This document shows, piece after piece, positions 1 through 11,700 of a stretch of 64,000 bases of DNA. This DNA comes from Methanobacteriota archaeon. GTDB lineage: Archaea; Halobacteriota; Bog-38; Methanoflorentales; Methanoflorentaceae. Location: positions 416,001-480,000 of the forward strand of contig OY970393.1 in NCBI GenBank assembly GCA_963720465.1, read 5' to 3'. The position numbers and the translations under genes were made by a program. The notes beneath the pieces were generated by a model. That model saw only the letters and a program-made list of their open reading frames with translations. It was not told the DNA's origin and made no database searches. Every line of letters begins with the position of its first letter. Position 1 is the first letter of the stretch.

Positions 1-119
1 GCTTCGTTTAAGGCGAGTTCGAGTTGGCTTCGTTGAACAGCAAGCGCTTGTGCCTGCTGTTGAAGTTGTTGCAACTGAGCAACTTGATTTTGAATTTGGG
101 GTGGTAATTCGGTACTCAT
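1..119 (-). CDS. pfdB: Prefoldin beta subunit (5' part, runs off window)
   Basis: Manual translation MSTELPPQIQNQVAQLQQLQQQAQALAVQRSQLE; typical position downstream of pcc1. Confidence 0.9.
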   Translation of the reverse strand, partial: MSTELPPQIQNQVAQLQQLQQQAQALAVQRSQLELALNE

Positions 120-164
120 TCAATATTCTCCTTGAGGGTCTTTTTCAAGCGGTTACAGTTTAGT

Positions 165-419
165 TTAATTCTTTAAAGTATCTGCGACAAGTTCGTCCAC
201 TTCCGTAGCAATCAGCACCAATCTCAGCCACGAATTTGTCGCCGACCGGCAGGAGGCTACGTCCGAAGCTTCTATGTCGATGACTAGCTTCTCTGCCGTC
301 TTATGTACGGTCACAGAAGAGCGCGTCCCCGCGATGGCGATTGTCTCCAATTCAGGAGTAATTGAACGGTACAAATAGTCTGCGTTTTGCGTTTCTATCA
401 AGTACGTTGAATGGAGCAT
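165..419 (-). CDS. pcc1: KEOPS complex subunit Pcc1
   Basis: IxAxDVASCRSATNSWLRL motif; superoperon context. Confidence 0.9.
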   Translation of the reverse strand: MLHSTYLIETQNADYLYRSITPELETIAIAGTRSSVTVHKTAEKLVIDIEASDVASCRSATNSWLRLVLIATEVDELVADTLKN

Positions 420-496
420 TGTGTATCAAGGCCCGTATCGCGAGCGGCTAGCGATTTCTTGCGCTCAACAATGGTAGACTTTAAGCACTCCTTTGC

Positions 497-634
497 CTAA
501 AGGACCCTCACTTTCTTGATGATAGTAGGCCGCTCTTTTATCAATATTCGATGGCCGCAATAAGGACACCTGATCCCGCCGTACTCGGACTCTACTTCAA
601 CCTCGCGCTTACACCGAATGCATTTGTAAACCGT
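497..634 (-). CDS. rpoP: RNA polymerase subunit P (Rpo12), 45 aa, absent from ORF track; start uncertain (ACG at 634, or TTG at 649/655)
   Basis: Manual translation [45 protein letters not shown]; two CxxC motifs; follows rpl37ae. Confidence 0.93.
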   Translation of the reverse strand, partial: TVYKCIRCKREVEVESEYGGIRCPYCGHRILIKERPTIIKKVRVL

Positions 635-651
635 AAAATCACCTCGCAAGT

Positions 652-948
652 TCAAATCTGTTCTTTTTCCTCATTCGCGCGGCGAATCGAGCGCGCGACG
701 GTTTTGCCAACCGAGGTCTCCGGGAGGTATGCTCCCCCAGCAAATGTTGTTTGGCACTTCGCACACACCCATATCCCCGTGCCATTTCGAGACACCGCTT
801 TTCGCCCACATGCAGGACACTTGTGCGCTTGGTGCATCGCCGCTTCGACGTCAGCAACTCTCTTGCGAATCTTGCGACCGTATCGCGGGCCGAACCGGCC
901 TGCAGAACGGGTCTTTCTTCCCTTCTTGCGCGCGCCTTTCTTAACCAT
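652..948 (-). CDS. rpl37ae: 50S ribosomal protein L37ae (eL43)
   Basis: [28 protein letters not shown]. Confidence 0.97.
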   Translation of the reverse strand: MVKKGARKKGRKTRSAGRFGPRYGRKIRKRVADVEAAMHQAHKCPACGRKAVSRNGTGIWVCAKCQTTFAGGAYLPETSVGKTVARSIRRANEEKEQI

Positions 949-1726
949 TCGTTGAACCACCAAAAAGATCATCTCTGATCTGCATGGCTTTGCTGCTCGC
1001 TAGCTTGACGATACGCGCAATCTCTTCCACGGAGAGCGTTCCAGTTCCGCTTTTCTGCATTCCTGCAAGTGCTCCCTGCAAACCGGAGATGACCGTTATT
1101 CTTGAAGATGCGATAGTCTCTTCATCTAGTGAGGGGTCCAGCATGATTTCGCCATCGAGGTCAACCGCGGTCACCGCTATTGGTGATTCGTTGATCGGTA
1201 GCGGGGCGTCAGGTCCATAGCCATATCGCTCACAGGGTTTTTTTGCGTTTACGAGCGCAGCGAGCGCTCCGAGAGCGGCCGCGTCCATGAGATTTCCAGC
1301 GTGGTCTAGGACGTGCACGTCAATGAAAATGAGCCACACTTTGCCGTCGGGTAACGTTAGTTGAGATAAGTCTATAGCTCCAGATTCTCGAACGCCGCGG
1401 TCCACGACACGTGCGAGCTCAATCGCATTTTCATCGGGTGGGCCTGGTTCAAAGGACGGAGATGCCAATGGCACAAGCTCCACGTTGGTTATTATCACAC
1501 CCGTGTCAGGTGCATCTGGAAAAGGCTCTCCGGGTTGAACCTTTACACCAACGAGAACCTGTGTGTTGCCTATCTTCACTCTTGCGGAGCCTTCGGCTTT
1601 ACCTATCAACCCTACTTCGACCTGTATCGGGCGATATTCATCAAGTGCCCGTCCATCTGCCCTTTCACTTCGCTTGGCAAGACCGTAAATGTAGTCTCTT
1701 CTTATCTCAGCAATCACGTCATTCAT
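941..1726 (-). CDS. rrp42: Exosome subunit Rrp42
   Basis: [35 protein letters not shown]. Confidence 0.97.
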   Translation of the reverse strand: MNDVIAEIRRDYIYGLAKRSERADGRALDEYRPIQVEVGLIGKAEGSARVKIGNTQVLVGVKVQPGEPFPDAPDTGVIITNVELVPLASPSFEPGPPDENAIELARVVDRGVRESGAIDLSQLTLPDGKVWLIFIDVHVLDHAGNLMDAAALGALAALVNAKKPCERYGYGPDAPLPINESPIAVTAVDLDGEIMLDPSLDEETIASSRITVISGLQGALAGMQKSGTGTLSVEEIARIVKLASSKAMQIRDDLFGGSTNG

Positions 1727-2429
1727 CTTCTTCCCCTCGATACTTCTGAATTAGCGCTTCTCTTTGCATTTCTGCAATGCTGGCACAACCTATCTTACCG
1801 AGTTCTAGCGCCTGTTCAAACTCGTCCAGCGTCAAATGTCCGTCCATCTGGAGCAGCGTGACTTCCCCGGTCCGTACATCCATGGCGACTGGCATGTCTG
1901 CCTGCCCATAGTTGTCCTCCTCTTTCACGAGATCTAAGACAACCGTATCATCCACCTTGCCAACCGCACACGACGAAATGAGACCGCGCATGGGCACTCC
2001 AGCATCAGCCAACGCAACAGAAGCCGCATTTATCCCTGCTGATCGAGTGCCGGCATCGGCTTGAAGAATCTCCACGAAGATGTCGATTGTCGACCTTGGA
2101 TAAAACTCTTTGATGATGACGGGATCGATCGCTTCTCTGCTCACCTTTGAGATCTCTATGCTCCTCCGGTCAGGGCCTGGTCGCCGCCGCTCCTCCACTG
2201 AAAAAGACGCCATATTGTAGCGGTACCGGATGATTGCACGGTTTGCTTCCTGCAGGTGACGCGGATGTACTGCCCGTGGGCCGTAAACGGCGGCTATAAT
2301 CTTGTTTCCACCGTGCTCGACATAACACGAGCCGTCGGCCCGTTCAAGTGGGCCAACCTCAAACTTGATTGGACGTAGCTCATTCGGGAGCCGATCGTCT
2401 ATTCTCTTACCGTTTTTCATGAACTCCAT
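1719..2429 (-). CDS. rrp41: Exosome phosphorolytic subunit Rrp41
   Basis: [23 protein letters not shown] RNase PH motifs. Confidence 0.97.
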   Translation of the reverse strand: MEFMKNGKRIDDRLPNELRPIKFEVGPLERADGSCYVEHGGNKIIAAVYGPRAVHPRHLQEANRAIIRYRYNMASFSVEERRRPGPDRRSIEISKVSREAIDPVIIKEFYPRSTIDIFVEILQADAGTRSAGINAASVALADAGVPMRGLISSCAVGKVDDTVVLDLVKEEDNYGQADMPVAMDVRTGEVTLLQMDGHLTLDEFEQALELGKIGCASIAEMQREALIQKYRGEEDE

Positions 2430-3099
2430 GCTTTTCTTCCTCTAACAACTTAGTTATCCTATCTGTGAGTCCCGACGTGTGCGCCTCTTGCTCGATTCTT
2501 TTGATTACTTTGACGGCGAGATCCTCGTCTTCTGCTTTCCCATTGATCCAAATACGGCCATTTTTCCCTACGAAAATGTTTACGTCGAGTTTACTCTTGA
2601 GCAAACTTATCATCGACCCGGCCCGGCCGATAACCCGCGGAACTTTTGTATACGAGACCTCGACGACTCTACCACTTCGCAGCACACGTAGTTGACCTTC
2701 TCGGGGCGCGAGTTCAATCTTCATGGATGGATCTACATCTACAACCTTGAATATCGCGAGGTCGCCGACACCCATGATCTTCGCCATTTCGCTTGATTCG
2801 ATGCGGCGAGGATATTCTGATATATGCATGAGCGCTTCGTACGGTGAGTTAATGTCGACCTTCCAGTTCGAGAAGCTGATGTCTGATACCATTCCGATGA
2901 CCACGTCACCGATCGCAGGAAGATATTTTCCCGAAAGTGGGATCACCCGCACTTTTTCCCTTTCGTCAGCAAGCCCGTATATGAGCGAGTAGACTTTCCC
3001 GTTTTCAACGTAGGTTCCCTCTGCACCTTTAGTTGCGTCTTCAGATAGTAGATCTCCCGGCACGACGATCGTCTTATCGAGTTTTTCTTGCTTCTTCAT
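2407..3099 (-). CDS. rrp4: Exosome RNA-binding cap protein Rrp4 (S1+KH)
   Basis: [29 protein letters not shown]. Confidence 0.96.
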   Translation of the reverse strand: MKKQEKLDKTIVVPGDLLSEDATKGAEGTYVENGKVYSLIYGLADEREKVRVIPLSGKYLPAIGDVVIGMVSDISFSNWKVDINSPYEALMHISEYPRRIESSEMAKIMGVGDLAIFKVVDVDPSMKIELAPREGQLRVLRSGRVVEVSYTKVPRVIGRAGSMISLLKSKLDVNIFVGKNGRIWINGKAEDEDLAVKVIKRIEQEAHTSGLTDRITKLLEEEKHGVHEKR

Positions 3100-3812
3100 T
3101 TTTGCCCTTCCCGGGTAACGATTCGCGTTTCGGCTTCCCCTCGTGATAGTCGATTTACCAGCTCATAAAAATCGTTTTGCAGTCCTGCAGGAAACCGGAC
3201 CACGCCGATCCAAGAGCCGTCTTTTTGCCACTCCCGTCTCACTATCGTGCCAAATCGCTGGATGGGGCCCTCCGATTTTGCGGCATAGTGGGCCGGCACC
3301 TTGACGGCAATCTTGACCTCCTCAAATCTGATAGGTATTAGTGGGCGGATTGCCTTCAAAGCGACGTTCACTTGCTCGTCGACACTTCTTAGGGGGTCTA
3401 TATTCACTTTTGCCTCTTCAAGTGCTTTTTCTATTCGCTGTGGCGGATGAGGCAGGCCCGTTTGGGGATTTATAGCATTCGCAGCTATGGTAGCAATAAC
3501 TTGCTTTCGCTTGTGCTCTTGGATCTTGCGCCTTTGCTGGGCGGTTAGATGTAGATCACCTTCTATGATGATCCGTTTTGCGATGGCTGCTGGATCCGTG
3601 GTACTAAACGCGTGCTGGAGGTTCTCGTCAGACGCTTTTTCCCCTTTTGATGCATCTTTAAATATCTCTTCAATCGCTAGAACAGCGTCCAGCTCAATAT
3701 CGTCGCCTTCTCGCAATCGTAAGGCATTTTCGGGGTCAGCGAGCACTTCAAAGTGTTCTCCTCCTCTCGCAAATCGAGCTACGACTGCCTTATCAAGAGA
3801 TACCATCTGCAC
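3096..3812 (-). CDS. Ribosome maturation factor SBDS/Sdo1
   Basis: GEHFEVLADP, INPQTGLPHPPQRIEKAL. Confidence 0.96.
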   Translation of the reverse strand: MQMVSLDKAVVARFARGGEHFEVLADPENALRLREGDDIELDAVLAIEEIFKDASKGEKASDENLQHAFSTTDPAAIAKRIIIEGDLHLTAQQRRKIQEHKRKQVIATIAANAINPQTGLPHPPQRIEKALEEAKVNIDPLRSVDEQVNVALKAIRPLIPIRFEEVKIAVKVPAHYAAKSEGPIQRFGTIVRREWQKDGSWIGVVRFPAGLQNDFYELVNRLSRGEAETRIVTREGQK

Positions 3813-3864
3813 CTACTCCTCTGTGTGCTGTTCGTTTATGGGGGCGCAAAAAGATGCGAAACCA

Positions 3865-4602
3865 TTATTCTTTAGGCATCGACTCGAGCACACTTTTCAC
3901 GTACGCTTCGAGGTCCTCCGTGCCTAGCTTCTTAAATTGGTTATCTTCCGCGTATACAGCGGCGATTTCGATGGTATCAATTGTAAGCTTGCCTTCCGTT
4001 GCCTTGTACAGCGCTTCAAGCCCAAGTTTTATGGCGTTGTCAATGTCGGCGTTTTGGTCATATTTCTCTTCGAGAAACTCCATAACAGCATTTCGCCCCG
4101 AACCAATTCCAGTAGCCTTTACCATCAAAAGGGCGCCGCTCGGGTCTGTTTCAAAAAGCCGCGGACCCGAGTCATCAATCCCCCCGATGAGAAGTGCCGT
4201 CCCGTAGGGCCTAACCCCTCCATATTGTGTGAACGTCTGCTTGTGATCGGCGATTTTTTTTGCGAGTGCTTCAATGCGAATAGGTTCGTTATACACAACG
4301 CGGTTGATCTGGGCGTCGACACGGGCACGGTCGACTAAAGCCCTAGCGTCAGCCACGAGGCCGGAAGTCACAGCGCCAATATGATCGTCTATTTGGAAGA
4401 TCTTCTCGGTAGATTGGGGCTCAAGGAGCCGACTTGAGATACGCTTGTCGACGAGCAGTGCTACGCCATCCTTTGCTTTTATGCCGACCGACGTGGTGCC
4501 TCGTTTTACAGCCTCGCGCGCGTATTCGACTTGAAAAAGTCTACCGTCCGGTGAAAACACGGTGATAGCTCTATCGTACCCCATTTGTGGTGCCATCTGC
4601 AT
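3865..4602 (-). CDS. psmA: Proteasome alpha subunit
   Basis: GYDRAITVFSPDGRLFQVEYAREAV signature. Confidence 0.98.
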   Translation of the reverse strand: MQMAPQMGYDRAITVFSPDGRLFQVEYAREAVKRGTTSVGIKAKDGVALLVDKRISSRLLEPQSTEKIFQIDDHIGAVTSGLVADARALVDRARVDAQINRVVYNEPIRIEALAKKIADHKQTFTQYGGVRPYGTALLIGGIDDSGPRLFETDPSGALLMVKATGIGSGRNAVMEFLEEKYDQNADIDNAIKLGLEALYKATEGKLTIDTIEIAAVYAEDNQFKKLGTEDLEAYVKSVLESMPKE

Positions 4603-5105
4603 TATATTAGCCTCTCATTGTCATCGATCGTGATGCCGATGAATTGGACGTCAGCACGATCAACAATTTCCCTATCTTCTGGAATTATATCAATTTCCTT
4701 GCCACGCATCCTCACTGCTTTCCCGGACACGGGCACTGTCACATAAGAAGATATAATGCGTCGTATTTTCTCGTCAATTTGTAAATACTTTTCTATAGCA
4801 GCCTTGATCGTTCCGGAAGTGCCGACAACCGTCACGCCAACACGATTGTTCTCAATCTTGCCGATGCTTGCAAATGTCGCTTGTAATTCGGACACGTGTT
4901 GGTAGCGACAACGCACAAGCCCTTTTGTGCCATCAAACATAACAACTTTGATTCCCAACTTACTTACTCCGACGTCTCCAAACAGGCTTTTTGCAGCATC
5001 GAAGATTTCTGCTTGTAAATCGCGCGTTCTCACGGGTTCTTCAGAGTTGAGCGTGAAGGCGACGTATCGAAAGCTGTCTCGCAAAGTAGGCCGAAGTGGT
5101 TTCAT
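4602..5105 (-). CDS. rnp2: RNase P protein Pop5 (Rpp14/Pop5 family)
   Basis: MKPLRPTLRDSFRYVAF, SGTIKAA; ATG at 5105 overlaps rnp3 stop. Confidence 0.93.
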   Translation of the reverse strand: MKPLRPTLRDSFRYVAFTLNSEEPVRTRDLQAEIFDAAKSLFGDVGVSKLGIKVVMFDGTKGLVRCRYQHVSELQATFASIGKIENNRVGVTVVGTSGTIKAAIEKYLQIDEKIRRIISSYVTVPVSGKAVRMRGKEIDIIPEDREIVDRADVQFIGITIDDNERLI

Positions 5106-5761
5106 ACGCGCTCCTCTTCTTTTTGTGTACTGCGCTTGATAATATTTCGCGGCACACTCGATAAAGCGGCCGTCGCTTCCGTGTCTTCTAGAGGCAAAAG
5201 CCGTGCGAGAGCTTTTAATTGGCGAGGAGCCCGCAGGTCGAAGTGTGAATAGGCATCGCTCGTAATAACGATTTGTACTCCAAACTTCTGGCATAATACG
5301 ACGTTTTGATGCTGGAACGCGAGCAATCGAGATCTTGCAACTTGTCCTTTCTTCCAAAAGTAACCAAAGCTCAAGCCGAGCGCGACGCCGTTTTTTTCGG
5401 CGATTTTAGCTGTCACTTGGTTCAGACCACCTCGTTTACCTCTTTCCGGGTGCATCAAAAGATCTACGCGGTCATCGCTGCAAGCAGCCCTGTTGATTTG
5501 TTCATCCCCGCCGTGCACACTTATGACGGCCGCTGTGTCGCTAAAGAACGCAATTTTCTTACGCAGGTCGCGAACGCTATGCGCGACAATTTCTATTCCT
5601 AAAATGGCGTTCGAGTCGGAAAACTGAGACCAGTAAGGCGAATGTGTTATTAGACCAATGGCAGTGAATCCAAGACTCCGAGCAACGAGGTTAAGCCTTT
5701 TCGGCGTGTCTGCCCCTTCCGGAAAGGCGTGAACGCTTATATCGACGTAGTCAGGCATCAT
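5102..5761 (-). CDS. rnp3: RNase P protein Rpp30
   Basis: GGDEQINRAAC, SDAYSHFDLRAPR. Confidence 0.93.
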   Translation of the reverse strand: MMPDYVDISVHAFPEGADTPKRLNLVARSLGFTAIGLITHSPYWSQFSDSNAILGIEIVAHSVRDLRKKIAFFSDTAAVISVHGGDEQINRAACSDDRVDLLMHPERGKRGGLNQVTAKIAEKNGVALGLSFGYFWKKGQVARSRLLAFQHQNVVLCQKFGVQIVITSDAYSHFDLRAPRQLKALARLLPLEDTEATAALSSVPRNIIKRSTQKEEERV

Positions 5762-6233
5762 CAAAGAGGTCGCGAATAATCCGGGTTGCGGTCCCAATAC
5801 GAGCAGGATATGCTGCTATCTTTACGCGCAGCACTATTGGGTCTTCATTCCCTTGTCGGAGGAACCCGCGCGCGGCTGCCTGTTTGCTAAATTTCATAAC
5901 TAGTGTGCACCGTCGGCTGAGGTGCTGCGGGATTTGTTCTCGCAGTTCCATTAGCTCATCTGTTGGGAGCTTCTGCTTGATCGCGCCGACAACGTGGCGA
6001 GTCTCGTATGCTTTTTCGGTTCGCGCGGTGAGAATAACCATTGGATTTCCAAAGTGTCCCGTCACCGACAGGCGATCGACGCTGACGCTCTCTGGCACTA
6101 TTAGCCGCAGCGCCGCTAGAACTTTGCCCTCATTCTCAGTACCGTGAGCGAAAACACTGACGGAAATGCTGTGAATTGTTTTTTTAGGCCTGCACGATGC
6201 GTCGCTGCCATTCAGGACAAGAGGCAACTTCAA
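5751..6233 (-). CDS. DUF54 / exosome-operon RNA-binding protein (true start probably near 6180)
   Basis: HGTENEGKV, GHFGNP, KQAA, KIAAYPA motifs; context. Confidence 0.85.
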   Translation of the reverse strand: MKLPLVLNGSDASCRPKKTIHSISVSVFAHGTENEGKVLAALRLIVPESVSVDRLSVTGHFGNPMVILTARTEKAYETRHVVGAIKQKLPTDELMELREQIPQHLSRRCTLVMKFSKQAAARGFLRQGNEDPIVLRVKIAAYPARIGTATRIIRDLFDDA

Positions 6234-6248
6234 TCCTCAGGAAAGGGC

Positions 6249-6830
6249 TCACGATCCTCGTCTATCATGAGCACTAAGTGAGGGCATTGTTTTTTCGGCA
6301 CCTCGCCCTTTGTTCCTTAAACCGCGACCTTTCTTACCGGCGCTTGTCGTCCCTCGCAGGGCGCGCCCACGCGAAGACGCAATCCAGTTGAGATTGCCAT
6401 CGCTCAGTATCCTCGGGTGGTTCGGATCAACGAGTATTATTTCGTACCACTTCGATTTCCCGTCTTGTCCTACCCAGTAGGAGTTCAGCACCTCCAAATT
6501 GGGAAATCTTCGTGCAGCACGTTCTTCTGCAATGCGCTGTGAACTTTTTCGAGCGGTAAGCCTGTCAACTCCGAGATGCTTCGTTCGACGGCCTCCGCGC
6601 GGGCGCTGTTTTCTCCTGCCACCTCGCCACGTTCTCACACGAGCCGTGATGATACCTTGTTTGGCTTTATATCCCAAGCTTCTCGCTCTGTCGAGTCGCG
6701 TCGGCCTCGTGATGCGAATAACCGCCGGCTCACGCCGCCAGGTTTGTAGGCGCTGCCACGTGAGGCTTTTGACGTAGCTGCGTTCGGGGGTTTTCCAGGC
6801 ATCCCGTATATATCCATACATCGATTTCAT
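6249..6830 (-). CDS. rpl15e: 50S ribosomal protein L15e
   Basis: [30 protein letters not shown]. Confidence 0.98.
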   Translation of the reverse strand: MKSMYGYIRDAWKTPERSYVKSLTWQRLQTWRREPAVIRITRPTRLDRARSLGYKAKQGIITARVRTWRGGRRKQRPRGGRRTKHLGVDRLTARKSSQRIAEERAARRFPNLEVLNSYWVGQDGKSKWYEIILVDPNHPRILSDGNLNWIASSRGRALRGTTSAGKKGRGLRNKGRGAEKTMPSLSAHDRRGS

Positions 6831-6844
6831 TTTGATCTTGTCTC

Positions 6845-6880
6845 AAGCGGTTCAGCATTTAAGCTACATTCCTTAGGATG
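6845..6880 (-). promoter_or_regulatory. Probable eL15 ribosomal-protein leader RNA
   Basis: GGAAUGUAGC-uuaaau-GCUGAACC hairpin with loop-E-like internal loop about 15 nt before the rpl15e ATG; resembles the eL15-Euryarchaeota leader as I recall it. Confidence 0.65.
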
Positions 6881-6939
6881 CGCAATTAGCGTTCATTGAA
6901 CGCTGCTTAAACAAGAGAATCATAGAACATATATCTTTC

Positions 6940-8121
6940 CTACTTGGCGCGCGAACTCGCGACTATTTTGATTATATCCCCATTTTGAAGTATGTGGTGC
7001 TCGCCGAGCCGCTTTTTCGTGCGCGCGTCGACAGCGTAGATGAACCCGCGTCCGATATCAGAATGAACTTTGAAGGCGAGATCCTTGGCATTTTCTCCTT
7101 CCTTAATTAGAAAGGCATCGGGCAAGACTCTTCCTTCCTTGTCTGACCATCGGTGCTCGTCTTCGACGGGATATACAACGATGTATCTGAGAACATCGAA
7201 CACTGCCTTGTTTAGGCATGTTTGTACTCCCGTACCATCAGCCTCAATGAATTTCTGCAATCGCTCAAGAGCCTTCCGCTGCTGCTGATTTGATCGCGCT
7301 GCTACTACAAAATGAGTGTTTCCTGGAACGTAGGTCACGAGCCCCTTTTGATGGGCTAGTCGAAGCGCAAGTTCGGCCTCACCACTCGTTGCCACCACGT
7401 CTTGGCAGACGTCTTCTATCCGCTCTAAATTATGCGGTGAAGCGACGTCTCTCTTGTTGGCCGCTATGATTATCGGTTTCGCGATCGTCCTCAGTTGCTG
7501 CGACAAGTTGACTATGTCTTCGCTTTCCCAATTCTCCGCCGATCGCTCAAACAGCCCAAGCTTCAGCATAGCAGTTTTGACTTGGTTCTCCCCTATGTTG
7601 AGACCTGCTAACTGAGTCGCAATGACGTGCGCCACGTTGCGTTCTAACTGCGCTTTCTTTGCGAGTCTGTGCCAATTCTTTTCAATAATGCCCGCAATCC
7701 ACAGAGCGATCTCACTTTCAAGTAGAGTTACGTCCTCCACTGGGTCGTGCGACGCGGTGCCGAGCACATTGCCCTCTATATCAGTGCCACCAGATGCATC
7801 AATCACGTTTATAATCGCTTCTGACTGCCGTAGATTATCGAGAAAAGCGTTGCCGAGGCCTCGTCCCTTGTGAGCCTCGGGAACCAGGCCTGCCACGTCA
7901 ACCAGCTCAACAGGAACAAATCGGATTCCGTCAACACAGTGACCGCACCGAGCGCTGCGCTGAGTGCAAGGGCACGGAGCGCGCACATGCGACACCCCAC
8001 GGTTAGCGCTGATAGTCGTGAACGGATAATTTGCAATTTCGACATCCACAAGTGTGGCAGCCTTGAAGAAGGTTGACTTCCCCGTATTGGGCTTGCCGGC
8101 GAGAGCGACCGATAAGCTCAT
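6940..8121 (-). CDS. ychF: Obg-family ATPase YchF (archaeal type)
   Basis: GKPNTGKST, NYPFTTI, DVAGLVP, NKxD, C-terminal TGS domain. Confidence 0.95.
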   Translation of the reverse strand: MSLSVALAGKPNTGKSTFFKAATLVDVEIANYPFTTISANRGVSHVRAPCPCTQRSARCGHCVDGIRFVPVELVDVAGLVPEAHKGRGLGNAFLDNLRQSEAIINVIDASGGTDIEGNVLGTASHDPVEDVTLLESEIALWIAGIIEKNWHRLAKKAQLERNVAHVIATQLAGLNIGENQVKTAMLKLGLFERSAENWESEDIVNLSQQLRTIAKPIIIAANKRDVASPHNLERIEDVCQDVVATSGEAELALRLAHQKGLVTYVPGNTHFVVAARSNQQQRKALERLQKFIEADGTGVQTCLNKAVFDVLRYIVVYPVEDEHRWSDKEGRVLPDAFLIKEGENAKDLAFKVHSDIGRGFIYAVDARTKKRLGEHHILQNGDIIKIVASSRAK

Positions 8122-8765
8122 TTGAAGTTCACATCCGCCTGTTCGAGCAAGCGCTTGGCCCATTGCAATTTTTGCATCTTTCTCGGCGTAACGCTCGTGT
8201 CGGAAAAATCAAATCCAATCGCGCTGATCGTGCGAGCGCCGTACTCTTTCGCTAAGAAGATCGCCCGGTCTCCGTCAGTAAAACCACCTACGTTGAGTAA
8301 GAGCGGTTCAGGCTGCGTTTGGGCCGTACCAAGCACGGCGCTCAGCGACGGCACGTGCGCTTCGATCGCATTGATGTTGTCGCCGTGCGCGTGAACGACC
8401 ATTATCGCGCACATCGCATTTGCCCGCTTGAGGTCGCTGATGCTGCCGTCGAGATCGGAAACGACTATGTGGGGGATGACCCCCTGCGCCAACAGCACCG
8501 AGGTTGCACCATCGGCCGCAATGATCGTCTCTTGACCCTCAATCTTGCCGCTCTTGATGTCACGAATCAGTATGGGCGCTTTGCCGCAGACGAGGACGTT
8601 GCATCCATTGATGAGGTGGCTCAGTTTTTCCAGCGTTGAGTCATAGCCTGTTTTTACAGCCAATAAGTGTGACAGAATCTGGGCGGAGCGCTCGTCTTGG
8701 GCGCAATCAAATCCGAACTCACGCACTATTTCCAAGTAGAAAGGCTGCCATTCTTTCAGGTTCAT
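8118..8765 (-). CDS. mptE: 6-hydroxymethyl-7,8-dihydropterin pyrophosphokinase
   Basis: AADGA, SDLDG, VHAHGDN, NxGGFTDGDRA. Confidence 0.9.
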   Translation of the reverse strand: MNLKEWQPFYLEIVREFGFDCAQDERSAQILSHLLAVKTGYDSTLEKLSHLINGCNVLVCGKAPILIRDIKSGKIEGQETIIAADGATSVLLAQGVIPHIVVSDLDGSISDLKRANAMCAIMVVHAHGDNINAIEAHVPSLSAVLGTAQTQPEPLLLNVGGFTDGDRAIFLAKEYGARTISAIGFDFSDTSVTPRKMQKLQWAKRLLEQADVNFK

Positions 8766-8768
8766 ACG

Positions 8769-11700
8769 CTATTCCGCTATTGAGAGTACCACTTGATGGC
8801 CGTCGATCGTCCACTCTTTTCGCAGTCTCGCGTTTTTAAGATCTCCTTTTACTATAGACGTCGCCAGCGTCTCATCTTTGAGATAAGAATCAAACGTTCG
8901 AATCGCTTGGGAGACTTCTGAAGGGCTACTATACGCCACCCTGATTTTTGCGGCATACGGTAAATCCAACTCCTTTCGCATGACCTGTATTCTTCTGACG
9001 ACTTCTCGAGCTAGTGATTCTTTCTGCAGTTCGGCTGTTATTTCGGTGTCCAAAAAAACGACCAGGCTGCTATCGTCGCTTTTAACAAAGCCGCACTTTA
9101 CTTTTTCTGAAATCGTCAGATCTTCCTTTGATAAACTAATAGGTGTTTGTCCGATTTCTAATTCGATGCCGCGATCCATTTTCTCAAGCACAGCGTGAGG
9201 CGCTAAAGTGCTGAGAACTTGTTTTATTGTGGGGGCCAGATCTTTGTATTTCGGTCCGACGCTGGCGAAATTTAGGCCAATTTCGTACGCGATAAATCTG
9301 TCTTTGTCTTTTTCAAAATCAATTGCCTTCACGTTCAGCTCATTTTTGATAATAGCCTGGAGTTCGTCACTCTCGAGTTCTGGTCCTATGCAAATAATTC
9401 TTCTCAGCGGTTGCCGTGTTTTGATGTGTGCTGACGACCGCGCGGCTCTTCCTGCTTCAACGATCCGCTTAGTATAATCCATATCGTGTTCCGCCTCGGG
9501 AAGCAGACGATCGGGTTGCGGGGCAGGAAACGCTTCGAGGTGAACGCTTTCTCTGGCCTCGGGAGCATATCGAGCGAGAGTCTTGTGCATGTACTCAGAA
9601 ATAAATGGCGCGAATGGGGCGATAAGCGCACTTAACGCCCACAAAGTCTCGAAAAGCGAGACGTAAGCAGATGTTTTGTCTAGGTCCTGTTCGTTCTTCC
9701 AGAAACGTCTCCTGGACGTTCTGACAAACCAGTTGCTTAGCTCGTCGATGAATGAGTCGATCGCCAGGGTCGCTAAGTAGTAGTCGTAACGGTCCATATA
9801 CTCGACCACGTTCGACACCAAACCATTTAGCCGGGAGAGCAGCCACCTGTCGATGATGTTTCTTTGCTCGTCCGCGAGCTGCCAGTTCACGTCATACTGA
9901 TCTATCTGAGCATACGTCGTAAAAAAGGAGAGGATGTGCCAAATCGTAGATATCGTCTTACGCTGAGATTCAATGATTGCGTCTTCATAGAACCTTTTGG
10001 GGGTTCCAGGATTGCCGGCGCCGAAAAGGTACCATCGGAGGCTATCAGCTCCCTCGTTGTTCAGGATTTGCCAAGGATCAACCGTATTCCCCTTGCTTTT
10101 TGACATCTTTCTACCATGCTCGTCCACGATGTGGCCCAGGCTTATTGCGGTGCTATACGCGTTCGATCCGAACACGGCGCTCGCTATTGCGTGCAGGCTA
10201 TAAAACCAGCCGCGCGTCTGATCAACACCTTCGGCTATAAAATCTACAGGCAGCTTGAAGTCTTCACTTCGCTCGAACGGATAGTGCAATGAAGCGAACG
10301 GGGCGCAGCCAGAATCGTACCAGCAGTCAATTACGTCGGGAATGCGGCGCATTATCTCAGCGCATTCGTCGCAAGGAAAAACAATGCGGTCGATATACGG
10401 CTTATGGATATCGCCTAGCGTGGCATCATCACGGATTCGCTGCTTCAGCTCATCGATGCTGCCGATAAACACTACGTGATTGTTACGGCATTTCCATATG
10501 GGCAGCGGGGTGCCCCAGTAGCGTTCCCTACTTAGCGCCCAGTCGCGTGCATTTTCGATGAAGTTTCCAAAGCGTCCGTGTTTAAGCGTTTTCGGATGCC
10601 ACTGGACCATTTCATTGTTGCGCACGAGTGCCTCGCGCATAGAGCTCATACGAATAAACCAGGCCCTTCGCGCATAGTACATAAGCGGCGCCTCGCAACG
10701 CCAACAAAAAGGATAGCTGTGTTCGTACATCTCGCGTTTGTACAGCAAGCCCCGACTTGCGAGGGTCTTCACTATTGTAGCATTCGCATCGGTGAAGAAC
10801 AGTCCACCGACCAACGGTACGTGATCGTCAAAGCGACCATCGGGTTTGACAAGCTGCACTAGAGGAAGGCCTTCGGCCTTTGCGACGTTAAAGTCATCTT
10901 CTCCGAACGCTGGAGCGATATGCACAATGCCCGTGCCCTCGGCAGTGTTAACAAACTCAGCGAGCACGACGGTTGGCTGCCCGTCGCTAAATAAGGGCAC
11001 ATATCGTGTGCCACTGAGCTCATTTCCTTGAAACTCAGCTACGACTGTGAAATGCAGCTCATCGCTCAGCACCGTCTCTAAAAGCTCCTTTGCGAAAATG
11101 AGAAACTGGTTCTTCACCTTCACCTTGACATACAAAATGTTAGGGTTGACGGCAAGCGCGACATTTGAAAGTAAAGTCCACGGCGTTGTTGTCCAAGCCA
11201 AAAAATAGGTCTCGTATTGATCCGACAAAGGAAACTTCACAAAAGCTGCTTCCTCAGTTATGGTTTCGTACCCTTGGGCTACTTCGTGCGTGCTAAGAGC
11301 GGTACCACAGCGGGGGCAGTAGGGAACGACATAATGTCCTTCATAGATAAGATCTCGCTCCCAAAGCCGTTTAAGCGACCACCATACTGATTCGATGTAG
11401 CGGGGGTCCATGGTCGTATACGGCGTAGTGAGATCAATGAAGAAGCCTATCCGCTTAGTCAATTCTGCCCACTCATCTATATGACTAAATACTGAACTGC
11501 GACAGACGTTGTTGAATCGTTCAATTCCATACCTCTCGATGCCCGCTTTATCCTCAAATTGAAGTTCTTTTTCCACAGAAATCTCGACTGGGAGTCCGTG
11601 ACAATCCCATCCGCTCACGCGGGGGACGTAGAAGCCTTGCATGCTTTTGTAGCGGAGAAACAGGTCTTTTATGACACGAGCGTACACGTGGTGAACCCCT

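Noticed and set aside
4602-5357. 251-aa version of Pop5
   Set aside because: The extension overlaps rnp3; the real start is the ATG at 5105.
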